From positions 10,478,001-10,542,000 of the forward strand of contig NC_043017.1 of assembly GCF_006345805.1 (NCBI RefSeq): a stretch of DNA of 64,000 bases. The letters are read 5' to 3'. Shown here in pieces: positions 61,912 to 64,000 of this stretch. Position 1 is the stretch's first letter. The number at the start of each line of letters is the position of its first letter. The notes below the pieces were generated by a model, which worked only from the letters and a program-made list of their open reading frames with translations, did not search any database and was not told the origin of the DNA. The translations under genes and the position numbers were made by a program. The stretch is from Octopus sinensis (lineage: Eukaryota).

Positions 61912-62190
61912 CATGGTGCAGTGAATATATTGTTGTCTAAATTATGCAGAAAATGAAAATAACACTGACATCTCATTTCAACAGATATATTTACCAAAAT
62001 TATATAAAAATATCTTGAAATACTAAAGAATAAATTTATTCTATAAAATCGCCATTGGTTCGAACCACGGCATCCAGACGACTTTGGAATCTCCTGCAAC
62101 TCTTCTGGATGATCTTGTTTAAGTGGGTGAATGCTGCCATAATCCTTTCCATCAGTTTATGATGCAGGGTCGCCCTGTATCTCTTCTACA
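61912..62190 (-). pseudogene. Tc1/mariner transposase C-terminal relic with right TIR
   Basis: Minus frame LMERIMAAFTHLNKIIQKSCRRFQSRLDA, then frameshifted (VVE)ANGDF-like sequence, followed by a ...ATATTCACTGCACC TIR-like end. Confidence 0.65.
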
Positions 62191-62731
62191 GCCAGACACC
62201 TAGGCTTCTCCTTCAGTTCCACTTCGGCCTCTAAACACTTGGCATAGAACCATCGTCCAACCTCTCCACCTCTCAGACACTGGCCCCTTTTTTTTTTCTT
62301 TTTTTTTGTAGAATTTCTTTCCTGTTTCCCTTTCCTTCTTCTTCCAGTTCTTCTTGAGTTTCAAATTACTTGGTCACCTCACTGGTGCTGGTGCCACATA
62401 AAAATCACTCAGTAAACTCTGTGGAGTGGTCAGTGTTTGGAAGGGCATCTAGCTGTAGAAACCATGCCAAAGGTGAATATGGAGCTCGGCATGGCCCTGC
62501 CAAACTGGACAACCCATGCCAGCATGCAAAAATGGATGTTGTATGGTGACGGTGATGAATAGCCAAGTCTATTTAAATGTTGTCCCTGTGTACATGTATA
62601 TACACGTGTCATTAGATATTGGACACATGTAACACATTGAAGTATACACACTCACACACATATATCCATGCAATATAAGCATATATATATGTACATCTAG
62701 CAATCTTTCTCTCTCTCTACATACATACATA

Positions 62732-62792
<61 letters not shown>

Positions 62793-63549
62793 GCAGATAC
62801 ACATTGAAATAGACACCCATCTGTCTTCACCAAAATGTTGATGTTGATGATGATGTTATATGATATGTGGTTGTCATGATGACATTTCATATCTTTATGT
62901 TGTATTATTATTATTGTTGTTGTTGTTCCCCCCCCCCCGTCTCGTCTCCCCTCATATCTCCCATCCCATTCCTAGTTCGCTGCAAAAGGTTTTTTTTTTT
63001 TATAATATTCTTTTGTTGTTGTTTTTTTTTCTATTATTCTTGTCTGTTTATTTCACATCGACATGTGAAAGAACACAAAAAAAAAATGAATTTAAAAAAA
63101 AAAATTAAAACCATACCGAAACAGAAAACAGAGGTGGGCGACAGGGTGGATTGTCTTTTGGTAAAACTTTGTTGCTGCTGTTGTTGATGTGGCCTTTATT
63201 GCTGCTGCTGTTATTGTTGTTGTTAACGTCACTTGTGTTGTATGTGAAGAGCATGGTGGAGTGGGGGAGGGCCTGGGTGGATTACTTGTGCCTGTTATCA
63301 CTTGTTATCTTGAAGAATTCTCTCAGTTTCTCTTCAAGGGAAACGGAACCCCCTTATAACAATGTCTTTGCTATTGTTTGGCTGCTAAAGAAATGAAAGG
63401 AACCAGCCACCTCTCTCTCCTGCCAGCCTGTAGTCATGTAATCGAGTCATCAAAGGGCTCTCTACTTGGTCTCTTGACCTGCCAAGAAACAGCAGCCAAA
63501 ATCTCCTTCAAGTCATATGTGCACACACAGACACACACACACACACACA

Positions 63550-63599
<50 letters not shown>

Positions 63600-64000
63600 A
63601 ATGCAAAACAAGGTGGAAAAAATAGTACTCAATGACCAAAGGTAGAGTAATATGCTTTTTATTCGAACTGTAAAATTATCACAGAACTGTTACTCAGTTT
63701 CTTCTAAAAATACAGTCCATTTGGCTTTATGATGTGCTTGAGAAGAAGACCCATCAAGCCAAGTAACATTGCAGTCGTGGCAGATACCAGTGTCACGCAA
63801 ATGGCACTCATGCTGGTGGCACATAAAAGCACCCATTACACTCTTGGAGTTGTTGGTGTTAGGAACAGCTGTAGGAACAATGCCAAAACAGACTGGAGTC
63901 TGGTGCAGCCTTTTCCAGCTTGCCAGCCCTGGCCAAATTGTCCAACGCATGTCAGCATGGACAATGGATGTTAAATAATGATGATGATATATCTATCTAT

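Overview
AT-rich, extremely microsatellite-dense eukaryotic DNA. The SINE and MITE repertoire matches my recollection of Octopus (coleoid cephalopod) repeats; this is an inference. The window is mostly intronic or intergenic, and nearly all ORFs in the supplied track are translated microsatellites or repeat fragments. The one credible host-gene signal is on the minus strand: a promoter-like patch at ~31.1 kb (NRF1-type TGCGCATGCG plus a GC box), then a 142-nt poly-Ala first coding exon (29347-29206) ending in AAG|GTAAGT. The next strong acceptor I found lies at the left window edge (position 15). The gene could not be identified. Repeats include three tRNA-headed SINE families (three copies with 16-bp TSDs), a (GAT)n-tailed family, a CR1 3' end, a Tc1/mariner relic, Tc1/pogo, piggyBac-type, hAT and 8-bp-TSD GG..CC MITEs, four canonical non-autonomous Helitrons and one Helentron/DINE-like element. 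The highlights are: (1) minimal type I hammerhead ribozyme motifs in Penelope-like pseudo-LTR remnants, with a well-formed one at 37967-38054, a mirrored degenerate pair at 20.2/20.4 kb and a variant-core one at 13.2 kb; (2) a palindrome with ~0.5-kb arms at 19.8-21.2 kb that copies its flanking SINE and was later split by a Helitron; (3) several perfect fold-back hairpins made from truncated repeats; (4) a 50-bp TIR element whose empty site is visible in sibling repeat units; (5) microsatellite-bounded tandem duplications clustered around the candidate promoter. There is a 100-N scaffold gap at 48389-48488. All counts and identities are by eye.
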